A DNA stretch of 64,000 nt, from positions 321,532,001 through 321,596,000 of the forward strand of contig OZ024740.1 of assembly GCA_964016885.1 (NCBI GenBank). Reading direction: 5' to 3'. Each line of letters begins with the position of its first letter. Within the stretch, counting starts at the first letter, position 1. The position numbers and the translations under genes are program-made. This document shows, piece by piece, positions 27,583 through 41,500 of the stretch. The notes beneath the pieces are model-generated. The model was not told where the DNA came from, did no database searches, and worked only from the letters and a program-made list of their open reading frames with translations. The stretch is from Eledone cirrhosa. Lineage: Eukaryota.

Positions 27583-28518
27583 AATAATAAATAATAATAA
27601 TATTAACTGTAAAAAATAACTATAATGCATATAAAAATGAGAAAACTCATCGCTAGAACAACCATTAAAACAGCTAAATGCTGTCAAAGATAGCGAAGGG
27701 GAAAAATGCCTCAGAGAACAGAGACCAGCGGCCAGTGGTCAAGGTGACAGATTTGAAATTAACTAAACAAACCTTTGTATTGGTTTATAATTTTTTTTAT
27801 TTTGATATTCTGAGCTTTTTTGTGTCTGGGACAATATTTATTAAAATATCTTGTTGAATTTTTGTTCTGTAAAATCTTATAAGGGGAAGTGAGCTAAATT
27901 ATAAGTACTGGCGGAGAAGTGACTGGATAGAAGTCGGAAAACACAGTGTAATCCTTTTTAGGTGGGCTGTAGAAACTTTGCAGATCGTTCACCCAACAAG
28001 ATCCTCAACCGATTGAACTTTACATGAGTAGAAAAGGGAAGAAGAGACGTTTGGTCCGCGAGGGAAGCCACAGAGAAAAGCTACTAGATGGTTTTGTATA
28101 AAAAGAGTTGATCCGTGGTTGGTTATTGCTGAGACGCAAGTCAGGACTTGATCAACCCTGGCTGGGAACCTTGAGAAAAGGTGTATGATATTGATTGATT
28201 TGAAGCACAAAATGATCCCAGCTCATATCACTGATGATGCTTCTGAGCTCATCTATGAGGATGTATTTTGCATATAAATATTACTATGACATTTTCCCCA
28301 AAACATTTCCATCTAAATAAGACTGTATCTTATGCACTTTATAACCCTAAAATAGGGATTTAAAGATGATAAAGACGAACAATTACTCACTAAACCCCCA
28401 GATCTCTGTTATATAAGAACCTCTCAATAACATAATTTCGTACACTGACTTGTCATCAGAAACCGATATTCAGCAATATTATCAACATCTTAGAGCCTTA
28501 AGAGAACTCATTATCTGC

Positions 28519-28942
28519 AAGGGCGGTGGATTGGCAGTATCGGTAGAGGGTCGGACGCCATGCTTTGACGCATAGAGTTACGGCCCTTGCCATTCTGAGT
28601 TCAAATCCCGCCGAGGTTAACTTTGCCTTTCATCCTTACGGGGTCGATAAAATAAAGTACCAGTAATGCACTGGGTAATTTCTGGCCTTGTGCCAAACGT
28701 AGAAACAATTATCTGCAAGGGCGGTGGAATGACATTAGCGGTAGAGCGTCGGACAACATGCTCTGCGGCATATAGTTACGGCCCTTTACGTTCTGAGTTG
28801 AAATCCCGACGAGGTTAGCTTTGACTTTCACCCTTACGAGGATTGATAAAATAAAGTACCAGTAACGCACTAAGGTCGCTCTAGTCGACTTTCTTCTTCT
28901 CGTAAAATTGATGGCCTTGTTCCCAAATCAGAAACCATTATC
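28519..28942 (+). mobile_element. Two tandem tRNA-derived SINEs (main SINE family)
   Basis: A-box-like tggcagtatcggtag, B-box gagttcaaatcc, central ctttgcctttcatccttacggggtcgataaaat (resembles the Meta-SINE domain), 3' ccttgtgccaaa..tagaaacaattat. Confidence 0.88.
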
Positions 28943-29119
28943 TGCAAGTTAAACAACTGGAAATCTACTCAGCCAAGCCAATTCGTCTCAACCCTGTTGA
29001 AGCTGTTAAGCCTGTTGATGATATTGATTACACACGTGCTATTAATTCAGTTCCTACCTCAGTCTCAGACATTTACGAGGCAAGAACCAGTGGACCACCA
29101 AAGCTCTACTAACATATGA

Positions 29120-29335
29120 TTGTTTCTAGTTGAGGCACAAGGCCAGCAATTTGAAGGGGAGGGGAAAGTCAATTAAATCGACTCCAGTGCATTACTGACG
29201 CCTTATTTTATCGACCCTGTAAGGATGAAAGGCAAAGCTAACCTCAGCGGGATTTGAACTCAGAACGTAAAGGCTCGTAACTCTCTGCCACGCAGTATGG
29301 TGTCCAACGCTCTACCGATACTGCCAATCCACACT
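29120..29335 (-). mobile_element. Main-family SINE
   Basis: Same consensus. Confidence 0.82.
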
Positions 29336-29625
29336 CTTACTCTCACTTTCATCACATCAACACATCTGCTATGTGCAAGAGATAAATGAAATAAACACTT
29401 TATGGTATTAACTTTTTTACATACTGCCATATATGTAGTTATATGTATTATATAGGAAGTGAGGAAGGAAAGAAGAGAAGGAGAGGTGAACAGATGAAAA
29501 GATGGACAGACAACATCAAAGAGTGGACAGTTTACTTCGTGTTTCGCTGAACTCGGAGGGACTGTGTAAAGGCTACGAGCATAGTCCCTTCAATTTGACA
29601 ATCTTTAAAAAACAGAAAACACAAC

Positions 29626-30682
29626 TGTGGGTATGGTGTGGTGTGCGGTGGCCGCAAGCTGGGGAGTGCTCGACCCGAAGAGTGCTTGACCGGAAGGGTG
29701 CTCGACGGGAAGGGCCAGCAGGTCGGCCTCTCTCTAGCGGTGATCAGGAACGTGATGGACGCGAGTTTTGCAGCTCCCGGTTTTAACGAGTTGGATTGTA
29801 CGCACGTGGAAGAGGAGAAACCAGCCATGGGATCTAGCGGCGCCTGTGAAAAGCGGTTAGTGAGGTAGCTTTTTCTAACCACAAGCTATTTCGGCACTGG
29901 AAACTGAGATCTATTGAAAAAAAAAAAAGAAGAAATTTCTCGAAAACAAAGCAATGGCGGAGCGGGGCCACATCTCACCAATGGAGGCAGTGTTCTGGTA
30001 CAACATGTCCCCTCCGGTGGGACAGGTTGAGGAATCGGTGCCACACAGAGCAGTATTCAGATACGAGTAGCGGCACCCGTGCACGCCACCACAACGGCCA
30101 ATGGGGAGAGAGAATGCATTCGTGCAGGTGGGCGAAGAAGTTTGGGTGAAGCCTCCAGATGCACGTTGCACATCTCAATGGGGAAGGGGAACGGTGACGG
30201 CCGTAAATTCCCAGAACAATGTGTCCGTGGACGGAGTACCACGTCATGTCCTGGATGTCCGTAGAATTACTGTGTCAACGGACTCCGAAGAAGAGGAAAC
30301 CCAAAGTGCCGCCCCAACACTGCGGAGATCGCAAAGAACCAACCTGGACAGCAGACTTTCATGTGCAGAAGGAAGAGGGGGAAATTGATCCTTGAGATCA
30401 GGGAGGCGTGTGGGTATAGTGTGGTCTGCGGTGGCCGGAATCTGGGGAGTGCTCGACCGGAAGAGTGCTTGACCGGAAGGGTGCTTGGCCGGAAGGGTGC
30501 TCGACCGGAAGGGCCAGCAAGTCCCCCTCTCTCTAGCGGTGGACAGGAACGTGGTGGACGCGAGTTTTGCAGCTCCCGGTTTTAACGAGTTGGATTGTAC
30601 GCACGTGGAAGAGGAGAAACCAGCCATGGGATCTAGCGGTGCCTGTGAAAAACGGTTAGTGAGGTAGCTTTTTCTAACCACA
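29626..30682 (+). mobile_element. Small internally deleted LTR retrotransposon (Gypsy-like)
   Basis: LTRs 29626-29883 and 30409-30682 (TGT...ACA). TSD ACAAC at 29621-29625 and 30683-30687. Purine tract before the 3' LTR. Interior is an integrase C-terminal remnant (EAVFWYN...VGEEVWVKPP). Confidence 0.88.
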
Positions 30683-31723
30683 ACAACCACTATTACCGCC
30701 ACCACCACGACCATCATCACCACAACCACAACCACCACCACCACCACTATCAACATCAATACCACCATCGCTACCACCACCACCACCACCACCACCACCA
30801 CTACTACGTCCAGGTACGTTCATCCCTTTTGTTAAGACATTCCTCTCAAAATTTAAATACCGACTTGACATGTTTTACTTGTCGACACAAACACATACAG
30901 AGAAATAAAGGGAGAGTGAGACTAGAGAGAGAGAGAGAGAGAGAGAGACTGAAAGTGAGAGTGGGAGGGAGAGAGCGAAGGAGAGAGAGAGTGAGAGAGA
31001 GAGAAACGCACACATACAACATCATAAATGACACCGAAATCAACACAAAAACACACTCGACACACACACACACGCGTACGCACACATCTATATGCACATA
31101 CACACACACACAACACCCTATTTACAAACAGTTTCAGTACACACACACACTCTCATACATATTTGCATGCACAAACACACAAAAACGAACGCTCACACAG
31201 GTACATATGCACATATGTGTTTACAGAATAGAATAATATTTACTATTGCTTCAGTACACACTTACTCTGACGTGCACAAAATCACACACCCAAATACACA
31301 TATATACATACAAGCACAATCAGACACATGCACAATTACACACACAAACACACACATATTTGCATAACTGAGCAATATTTACTATTGCCTAATTTATTAA
31401 AATAAGGTGTCGTATTTAATGTCGAGATCCCCCTCTTGTATACACACAGGCACGCATACAGGGGTGGTGGAAGCATTTCTGAATTAGGGGTGGGGGCAAA
31501 TTTGGACAATTTCGATATGCGATAAACATAATATGTACATAAATTGTAGCGCATATCCAAATAGATGTGTGTTTTGGTAGTTTCGCGAGAAAATGTAACT
31601 ATTGGAGGGGTCATGCATATATAATTTTTAAAAATTATGCTCTGTGCCTTTTCCTAAGGGGTTAATATATCGAGCTTCTTCGCATTTGGTAATAAACTGG
31701 TATTTTACCCATTTATTCTTCTC

Positions 31724-31794
<71 letters not shown>

Positions 31795-31837
31795 TAAATA
31801 TTTAAAATAAAAAAGAATTGTCCCTCTCATTTTTAAT

Positions 31838-32028
31838 AATTGTTTCTACTTTAGGCACAAGGCCAGCAATTACCCAGTACATTATTGGTACTTTATTTTA
31901 TCGACCCTGTAAGGATGAAAGGCAAAATTAACCTCGGCGGGATTTGAACTCAGAATGGCAAACGCGGTAACTCTATGCGTCAAAGCATGGCGTCCAACCC
32001 CCTACCGATACTGCCAATTCACCGCCCT
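31838..32028 (-). mobile_element. Main-family SINE
   Basis: Near-identical to 28519-28712. Confidence 0.88.
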
Positions 32029-32038
32029 AAAAAGCATG

Positions 32039-32120
32039 TTCCCATGCCGGGAATCGAACCCGGGCCGCCTGGGTGAAAGCCAGGAATCCTAACCACTAAA
32101 CCACATTAGACCACATGGGA
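32039..32120 (-). tRNA. tRNA-Glu(TTC) copy with a 10-nt internal duplication (probable pseudogene)
   Basis: TCCCATGTGGTCTA[ATGTGGTTTA]GTGGTTAGGATTCCTGGCTTTCACCCAGGCGGCCCGGGTTCGATTCCCGGCATGGGAA. Intact acceptor stem, anticodon arm and B-box. TTTTT terminator at 32029-32033. Confidence 0.88.
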
Positions 32121-32268
32121 ACATATTTTAATAATATTAGCTTTTCAATAATGTTACGTTGACGAACCATAAAAGAAAAACAGACCCTTAAATATATTTC
32201 CCGTGCTATTTCCAACTTCATCTGTTCTCTATATCCAGTGTTTTGTATAGAATCCATACTTCCCTTTT

Positions 32269-32416
<148 letters not shown>

Positions 32417-32616
32417 TAAAAAGGAAAGGAAAATGCTGACAAATTTTTCCCAGTGAAAAATAGTTTAATTAGGAATAAGTATAAATTAGTAATAATATTA
32501 GTTAGTATTCAGTTTTAGTTTTAAGTTTTTACCGGTTGCGCATTTCTAATGCTTTTCAAAAATAATTTTGAGATAGAGTGCTCGTGAGTTTTGGTCTAAT
32601 CTGATCAGTTTTGGAA

Positions 32617-32651
<35 letters not shown>

Positions 32652-32718
32652 TCATATATTATGGCTATTGGCGAGCATTGTTACTCTAAAGTTTCTCCTG
32701 CACACTCACAGGATTACC

Positions 32719-32773
32719 AGTCTTGTCTGATGATTGTGTGAGTATGCAGGCGAAACTCCAGAGTAACAAGGCT
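32719..32773 (+). ncRNA. Type-I hammerhead ribozyme motif
   Basis: agtcttgt-CTGATGA-(18 nt)-GAAA-ctc-ca-gag-TA^-acaaggct. 8-bp stem I; stem II is imperfect. Confidence 0.72.
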
Positions 32774-33059
32774 CATCACTTAGCCATAATAAATGAATAT
32801 TTAAACTGTTCTTCGGTATTGAGTTTTCATTCTTACGTCCATCAATAATTCACGTACTCGCAGGTCTTGAATAATCGTCTCCACTCCGCGCTTATTAATT
32901 TGTCAGATTTTTTCCACCCCCAACGGTTTTTATTCCACCCAACCCCCACGCGCTTATTAAATTTTGTTAATCTAACTCCGGCGCAATTTTATTGTAAGCG
33001 ATTCACATTGATACAGCAGCTGGAGAATCTAATAATAATCACTACGAGAGACTACTGAA

Positions 33060-35032
33060 CGAGGAGAATGAATGGAATAAAGATAGTCTGCGCCACATTT
33101 ATCCAACAGAAGTTAATGGTAGTATAGTAAGTAAGGCAATCAGAGGTACGAAGACAGGCAAGGTAGCTGGGCCTTCGGGGATAGTTGCTGAAATGTTGAA
33201 GGTATCTGGAATGGTGGGACATACTATGGTCACCCGGATAGTAAACCAAGTAATACAGAATGGAGTCATACCAAATGATTGGCGTAACAGCATCATCGTC
33301 AACTGTTACAATGGGCAAAGGAGACGCTCTGGATAGAGGAAACTATAGGGGCATTAAATTAGTTGACAAGGTCATGAAAGTCACAGAAAGAGTTATTACT
33401 CAACTGATTAGTTGAAATGCAGTTTGGGTTTGTGCCAGGTAAAAGTACCACGGATGCTCTTTTCCTTGTACGGCAACTACAGAAGTACCTAGCTAACAGT
33501 AAACCCCTCTACTTAACTTTTGTTGACCTGCAGAAGGCCTTTGACAGAGTCCCATGCACCTTAATCTGGTGGGTTCTTAGAAAACTAGGAGTGAGAGCTA
33601 TACAAGCCATGTATAGAGGAGCAGTCATCAAGGTTAGAATTAACAATGAATATAGGGAAGAATTTAGCGTAATAGTAGGAGTTCACCAAAGTTCCGTCCT
33701 TAGCCCCCTCCTGTTTATTATTGTCCTACAGGCTATAACAGAAGGGTTTAAGAGTGGCTGCCCATGGGAACTTCTATATGCAGATGATCTAACTCTCATA
33801 GCTGAATACATGGCTGAACTAGAGAAGAAGTTCCAAACATGGAAACATGGCCTAGAATCAAAAGGCCTTAGAGTCAACTTGTCTAAGACTAAAGTTCTAG
33901 TATGTAGAAAGGAGAATAGGGCACAGGTGCCCTCTGGGAAATGGTCATGTTCAGTGTGTAAGAAAGGAGTAGTCAGAAATTCCATTCTATGTCCCAAGTG
34001 CAAACTATGGGTACATAAAAGATGTAGTGGGATCACAGGTAAGATATGTAGATTTTATATGTGGCCGATGCTCAGGTGCAGTATGTAGCAAGGACCCACT
34101 GGATGCTATCTCCTTCAACTACCCAGATGGTTCTATAGAAATAGTAGACACTTTCCGTTACCCGTGTGACAAGAGGGTGCTCTGAAGGGGTAGTAGCCAG
34201 AGTTAGAACGGGATGGAAAAAGTTCAGGGAGCTAATACCGATGTTGGCCACAAGGGTTTTTTCTCTAAAAGGGAAAGGCAGATTGTATGATGCTTGTATA
34301 CGAACGGCGATATTACATGGTAGCGAGACCTGGGCGTTGTGTGCTGAAGACTTGCGTAGATTAGAAAGAAATGAAGCTTGCATGCTCCGATGGATGTGTA
34401 ATAGTAATGTGCACGAAAGGCGAAGCTTAAACGAATTAAGAGAGAGACCAAGCATAAGAGGCATCAAATGTTGTGTTCTGGAGAGGAGATTGCGTTGGTA
34501 TGGCCATGTAATGCGTATGAAGGACGACAGCTGTATAAAAAAGTGCAGAGCAATGAAAATTGATGGAAGCTGTGGAGTGGGTAGACCAAGAAAAACCTGG
34601 GACGAGGTGATAAAAACTGACCTTGCTCACCTACACCTCTCTAAGACAATGTCACTAGATCGAGATCTTTGGCGCCATGCAGTTGTACAGAAGACCCGAC
34701 TGCCCTTGCATACAGTCATTAGGAACCTCTTAACCCAATGTACACCCCACTCCACACACTTTACCCCATCCTCCCTTTCCCGTTCCGTCTACTGTGTCGA
34801 TGACACAACAGTCCACACTGTAAGGCGGTCGTGTAGGAGACACGGTGAAAAGGCTCCCAGTCCACAACTGTAAATGTGGTTGGTGTTAGGAAGGGCATCC
34901 AGCTGTAAAAAAACCTGCCAGAGACACTTCCGTACGAGCGAGACACGGTCTTCCGACCACTCCCGCATCTAATGGAACAAAACCGTCTAACCCTTGCTAG
35001 CGTGGAAGATGGACGTTAAACGATGATGATGA
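33060..35032 (+). mobile_element. 5'-truncated RTE-clade LINE with Cys/His (PHD-like) insert
   Basis: QFGFVPGKSTTDA, FVDLQKAFDRVP, LLYADDL, CSVC...CPKCKLWVHKRCSG, GSETW, LRWYGHV, GRPRKTW. Ends in a (GAT)n tail. Confidence 0.9.
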
Positions 35033-35149
35033 GGATTAAAAAACATTATATATGACAAAAGAACATATTTACGAACTTTCACTAAACAATTACTGATTGC
35101 CCAAGTCTCCCCCCCCCCATTATCCCACCCCGCCTATTATTTGGGATCC

Positions 35150-35577
35150 GAGAGTGCTACTAAACCTCCTCCTCTCTATGTCTATCACACAAAACGCTCT
35201 TTTAATCCCCCTCTGTATCTACTAAAACCAAATTATACCCCTGTCTATATCTACCACGACACCGCTTCTCTTATCCCATTCTCTATATCTAAGATTGTTA
35301 TATTTTGATTGTTATTGTTATTTTTATATTTACTCGATGTTTGTAAAACGTCCCCCACCCAATGCCCTGGTGGCAAATAAAGAAATTATATCTAAGACTA
35401 ATACATACTCTCACCATAAATATCTACACTTATCTCTCCCGATTCACCTCTGTATATCAATCAGCCCTAAACTCTCCCCCTCTCTATATGTACTACACAG
35501 AACTCTCTTCCTATACCCCTCTCTATATCTACTACACGGTACTCTCTTCCATTCCACCTCGCTATATCAATTACCAC
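35150..35577. repeat. Degenerate ~33-bp minisatellite, resuming at 41854-41990
   Basis: Unit approximately aaactctccccctctctatatctactacacag, interrupted by two Tx1 insertions. Confidence 0.7.
35295..35386 (+). mobile_element. 92-bp 3' fragment of a Tx1 family-B-like LINE
   Basis: Ends atgccctggtggcaaataaagaaat, like 41826-41852. Flanked by tatatctaaga at 35284-35294 and 35387-35397. Confidence 0.75.
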
Positions 35578-38500
35578 TTGATATAGACGTGATTTACTTC
35601 GCTCCGGATTTTTACGGATTATTGTCAAAAAAACTGTGAGTTTATTGCTCAATTTAATAACATTGTTTAGTTTAACCCCTTGCCTGGGCCGTCAGACGTT
35701 GAGTCAACTAATTTTCGCCCCTTTCTGGGGCGAAATTTTCAATTTTCATCTCAAAACTGTAGACTTGGTGGCAATGGATGCCATTTCCACCTCGCACACT
35801 GTCGTGAGTGCCACGCCCACTAAGAAAAGTGGTGGAGGGAAGGTAGGAGTACAAAGCTTGCAGCCTTCCCCCCTCGCATCATCGAAAAACGTTAAAAATA
35901 TCGAAACCACGAAACCAAACCCGGTAAATAATACCAGCACCAACAACAAGAACAATGACAATAACACCACAACCAACAACTGCAACAATAGCAACACCAA
36001 GGAAAACATGAACAATATTACCAACAGTGACAGCAACAAAAAAGACAACAACACCAAAACAACATTCGCACAGACTGTAAAAAAAAAACGAACTATACAC
36101 GCCAATAGACATAACAAATGCTAAACAACTATTACAAGACGCAAAACAATTCGTGACTTTTGGCGAAAACGGTGCTTTTAGCATCAATTCTCCACAGGAA
36201 TTACGTAGAGAGGCTGTCCTGAAAACCACAGTTTTCAGGACAATATCGAACGAAACAAGAAAACCAGCTCAATTATCACAAAATGAAACTGAGCTGGTTC
36301 TAAAAGATGCAATGAAGGACATAACCTTCATACAAAAAGGTAAACTGTTTGGTAGCATTTCGGTGCTAATGAACAACCAGTCAACAGCACAAAAATACTC
36401 GGTATCACCCATTGTGTCCCCCCCCCCCCCGCTTCACCTTTTTCCCCACATACAGGGGAAAAAGGACACAAAGAATAAAAATAATGAGTATCACACCAAA
36501 TGTAAATATTTGGTGGATACTATGTGGAATCATTAACTTTGATGAAGACAAGATAATTTCAATAGGAAAGTCCTCCGGAGGTGTATTTGGTGGGACCACC
36601 GTAGAAGTTTTAGCAGTATTAGTTATAGATGTTATCGCCACTTTAGCAGAGTGGTAGAATCAGTGGTCGTTAGTTGCCAGTGTGGTAAGTGATAGTATCC
36701 TCGTTGGATTATCTTGTTGACATAGACGTGAGGGAAGGTCCCTCGATCTATTTACCATCTATTTACAATATTCCTTTCGTCAGGTCGCCAATTCCAGCAG
36801 CATGGATTAAAGATGTCATTGAGACACGAGTAACATAACAACGACTTCAACCGCAGTAATTAGAGATGAAATGTTTGTTTATTTATATGGTTGAAGTTAC
36901 AGATAAAAAGAGGTTACAAAAGAGAATGTGCCATTGCGCCGTTAAGCCGGCTAGGCTAGTGGTGCAATATCTCACTGTTACATTATGCGTGTTGCTGGCT
37001 CGAAGTTTCTGGTACAAGCTAGAGATTCTTCAAATCTACGCGGTGAATTTCTTCCTCAGGGCGCGTAGGGATACATCCTCTTCTACTGGCGCTGATTGGC
37101 TGAACTGAGCCAAATCACGCACAGAGAATGTATGTGAGCCCGCGGAATGTAGGTCACTACAAAGTTCTGGTGCAAATGAGCCCAGAACGAATAACGAATA
37201 TCCCACAACGCGTGCCTCTGGACGGGCTAACTTATATAAACATTTCAGTGGAGGGAAGGCGGCCGTCATGTTACCACTGCTTAACCAGGGGTCACCTGAG
37301 GGCTGCCTGTCCTCAATTAACGAGTAAAAAAAAAAGGCTCTTCTGCCAACCCCGAACACAACAACACCACCACCACCACCACCACAACAACAATAACAAC
37401 AACAACCACAACAACACGGAAAAATAACAACACAAAACACTGTTCCACCCAACCCCTCCCCACCTAAAACAAATACAAAAGCAACCACAACAAAACCCCA
37501 AAATATACCCCTCCCCATAAACACGGAAGAGGACTCCGTATCAACGTCACCCAGTGACGACGAGGGAGAACCCTTTCAACAGGTAAAAAGGAAAAAAAAA
37601 GGCACCACATTAACAAAAATGCCACAAACACACAACCACCAGCACAAACAGAACAAACATCACAAATAAAAAACCCACCCCTCCCCAAAACATAACGTAC
37701 TACAAAACGCAAACACGCACAAGAACAACAAACAAAAACAAACACAACACAACAAAAACTCTATACGTACATTAACAAGAACAATAAAACGTTGATGAAA
37801 GCGATAGAAAATAACCCTTCGGTGGAAACCGAAGGGATCACTTTCACCTACGCAGCGAACAAACCGCACCTAATGATGATTAGAGTCCCAACGGAAACCT
37901 ATGTAACTTTGAAAAAGAACCATCCAATGCATGTGGGGACCAACTGCACCAAACCACATAACAGCGTCCTATTGAGATGTTTCCCCACCCCCACACCAGA
38001 CACTCACACCCCACCAAACACCCTAATCCCACCACACACTGATGTCCTCATCCCACCACAAACCACCACCCCACCAAACAACCCTTCCAAAGCCCCCATG
38101 GAAATTGTGCAGCCTGGTCCCCAGGAGACGAAGAGGTAAGTAATTTCCTTTCCTCTTCCTTTTTAACTCTTCAGCACCAACATGGCCAATATAAGAGTTG
38201 GATGTGTGAATGCACGCGGCTTGGGGATGTCCTGGAAACAGGGAAAACTCTTAAATGACCTCAGGTCGCACAGAGTGGATGTAATGGTTATTTGCGAGTC
38301 CAGGATCAGCAGCGAGCGCCAACTGGCCCCCATCTTCGACGACTTTGAGATCTACGCATCTCTCTGTCAGCCGAGGGGTGGGGGTGGGGTTGTCGTTCTG
38401 CTGCGAAAATACCTGGGTCTTGCCACACAGAAGGTACACCTGGATCCGGAGGGTCGACTGGTGGTTTTAGACGTCGGCAAGGTGAAGGTGGAGCTTTCAG

Positions 38501-41500
38501 GCTGGTGGCAGCGTATGCCCCATCTGGGACACCGCGACCGGACTTCTTCCGACGCCTGGAGAATTTCCTGGGAACGTCTCGCTCCTTGCTTTTAGTGGGG
38601 GACTGGAATGGTATCCTGGATGCACGTTGGGACTATGTAGGGGCATGTCCCGATAGAGGGGTATAACAGCCTCAAACGATTAATCGGCCGATTTGATCTG
38701 GCCGATAGATATCGACTAGATTTTCCGACTGTGCCACGTTGGACGTGGAGTAATCGCAGCGGAACATCTAGGTCGTACCTAGATAGGTTCCTAGTTAGAA
38801 ATAAGGATAGGGACATATTAAGCTGTCCACGAATGTTCATGGTTGACTATTCGGATCACAAGTTGGTGACCGGAGTGGTCAACCTTGATAGAACTCATAG
38901 ACAGCGACCCGGTTACTGGAAGCTAAACTTGTATTTACCGACAAACAAAGCTTACAGTAAGCGGATTAGCACACTAGTTAAGCAGCGTTAGGCGGGGGCA
39001 ATTGTCAACAACAGGTGGTGGGGCTCTCTAAAGAGAGAAATTAGAATAGAATCGATAGGTTTTAGTCGGGAATTAGCATCAGATAGGAATAGAACTGAAA
39101 GGGAATTAACAAATAGAGTAGAAGAGGCGATTAGGAGTGGCAACGTGGCCGGCGTGATGGCGTCAAGAACGGCCCTAGACCAGTTCTTTGATGCGAAGCA
39201 CGAGGGCTGCGTTGTCAGGAGTAAAATACGTGCTCTGAGCAACGAGGGAGCCAAAGCTGTTAGCTGGGCCCGAGTGACAGAGGCAAAAAGTGGAAACAAG
39301 TCCACGATTCGGTCTTTGAAGGACCAGGATGGACGCGTGATCCTTGAACCTGAGCGGATGAGCGCGGCCTTTCAACGGCGCTTTGCACGACTGTTCGGGA
39401 GGGGCGGCGGGCCGGGTGGGGCCATGGATTTCGGTCCATACCTCGACGGTCTGGCGCGGCTCTCTGACGGGGAGGCGAAGTCCTGCGAGAGGCCGATTTC
39501 AACCGCTGAAATAGGGGAAGCGCTGAGCCAATGCGGCAAACGCAAATCTCCGGGTCTCGATGGTCTACCATACGAACTTTATGTAGCGATGCCGGGCTTG
39601 TTCTCCGGTCTCCTCGAGGCGGTCTACTGCAACTGACAACAGAATGTGAGAATTCCCAGTTCTGTGACCAAGGGCGTAGTCACGCTGGTGAGGAAGGACG
39701 AGAACAAGAGTGATGACAGATAACTTCAGGCCCATAACTCTGCTAAACACAGAGTTAAAGATTTTGGCCAAGGTGTTAGCGAAGAGGTTGGCACTTGTCA
39801 TCGGGAACCTGGTGGGAGAAGCGCAGACATGCGCAATCCCGTCCAGGTCCATACACGACAACCTCCACCTCATGCGAATCATCGTAGAGAGGGTAGGGAA
39901 CGAACCCAGCTTTGGTGGGGCCCTGATCAACTTGGATCAATCTAAGGCGTTCGATAGGGTTGACCATCGGTACCTGGATGCGGTGCTCGCGGCGGCAGGC
40001 TTCGGACCCGTTTTCAGGGGCTGGATTGCTGCAATGCACAGCAGCAACACCTGCTCGAGGGTCGAGGTAAACGGCTACCTCTCGGAGCCGTTCCAAATCA
40101 CGCGATCCATTCGACAGAGATGCCCTCTCTCCTCCCTCCTGTATGTGCTAGTTCTCGAGCCACTACTGCGGAAGCTGGAGCTGTTGCAGGGCATCCTCTT
40201 GGAACCGGGATTGCGGAAAGCGGTGTCGGCCTACGCCGATGACGTGACAGTAATGGTGTCGTACGCCTCGGAAATCGGGCCGATCGGCACCTTACTGGAG
40301 GAATATGAAAGGTTCACAGGAGCCAAGCTGAACCGGGACAAGTCCGTCGGTTTGCAACTCGGGACGTGGAGGGGCAAAACGATGCCCTCCGACGGCATCG
40401 TCGGACGCTGGACGGAGGGACCGGTGAAGCTGCTCGGGGTCTGTTTCAGACCGGACCTCTAGGTGGAGAAAAACTGGGACGAGGTAACGGGTAATGTCTT
40501 TGCACTCGCCCAGAAGTGGGCCCAGTGCAAACTATCCCTGAAAGGTCGAGCGGAGGTGGCGAACGCTTACATAGCGTCCGTCATCTACTATCGCTTGACC
40601 GCCGTGCCTTGCCCAGAGAAAACACTCGCCAAAATGGAGCGCGCGCCCTTCCGATTTCTTTGGAAGAAGCGGGCTCCTTTGGTGAGAAGATCCATATGCT
40701 GTCAACACCCTTCGAACGGAGGGCTGGAGATGCCGTGGCTGACGATGCGTAGACACGCATTAAGGATACGGCACCTCCAGGTATTCCTCACCGGTCAGCC
40801 AGTGTGGGCCCTGTTTGTGAGGCGAGCCTTTCCGAGACTCGTCTCACTCACCGAGCTGCAATCCTGGGTCAAGCAAAGACCGAGAAAAGTGGGCGACTGG
40901 CACATTGAATGTGCCCAGGCGCTCACGGCCCTCTGGCAAGCGGATCCGGCAATCAGTGGAGACTCAACCTCAACATTCTATAGAGGGTTGGTGCGCAGTA
41001 AGTGCGACGACGCTCTCGGAGAGGCTCTGGGCATGGAGGAAGACGAGCTGGCCAGTCTGTTTGGTAGGACGTTTGGCCCGGGACCGATGGACAACTTCCA
41101 AAAGTCCCTGGCTTGGCAATGTTACCGAGGAGCTCTACCCGTTCGGGACAAGCTCTACAGACACGGGCGCCCGGGTAGCGACCCCTCGAAGAAGATCTGT
41201 CCAAGATGCGTGCGTGACGAGTAAACCGTCAACACGCATTCGTACACTTCCCGGGCGTTGCTGACCTGTGGGGCTATGTAGAACGACTACTGTCGCGGGT
41301 GGGACCAATCCGGTTGACCACCGAGAACATTGTCACGATCAAACCGCCTCCCCCTTTCAAAAACGAAGGAGAGGCGGTTTTTCTCTGTGTGATAGCCATG
41401 GCGAAAGAAGTTGTATGGTGGACAAGGTTGAAAGGGCTGAGGTCAGACACCTTTCTCTCCGGCCAACAACTGGTCTTTTTTTTCAAGTACCACTTTAGAA

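Noticed and set aside
28228-28262. CTGATGA motifs here and at ~18614, ~60551 and ~61083 as hammerheads
   Set aside because: No downstream GAAA, helix III or stem I.
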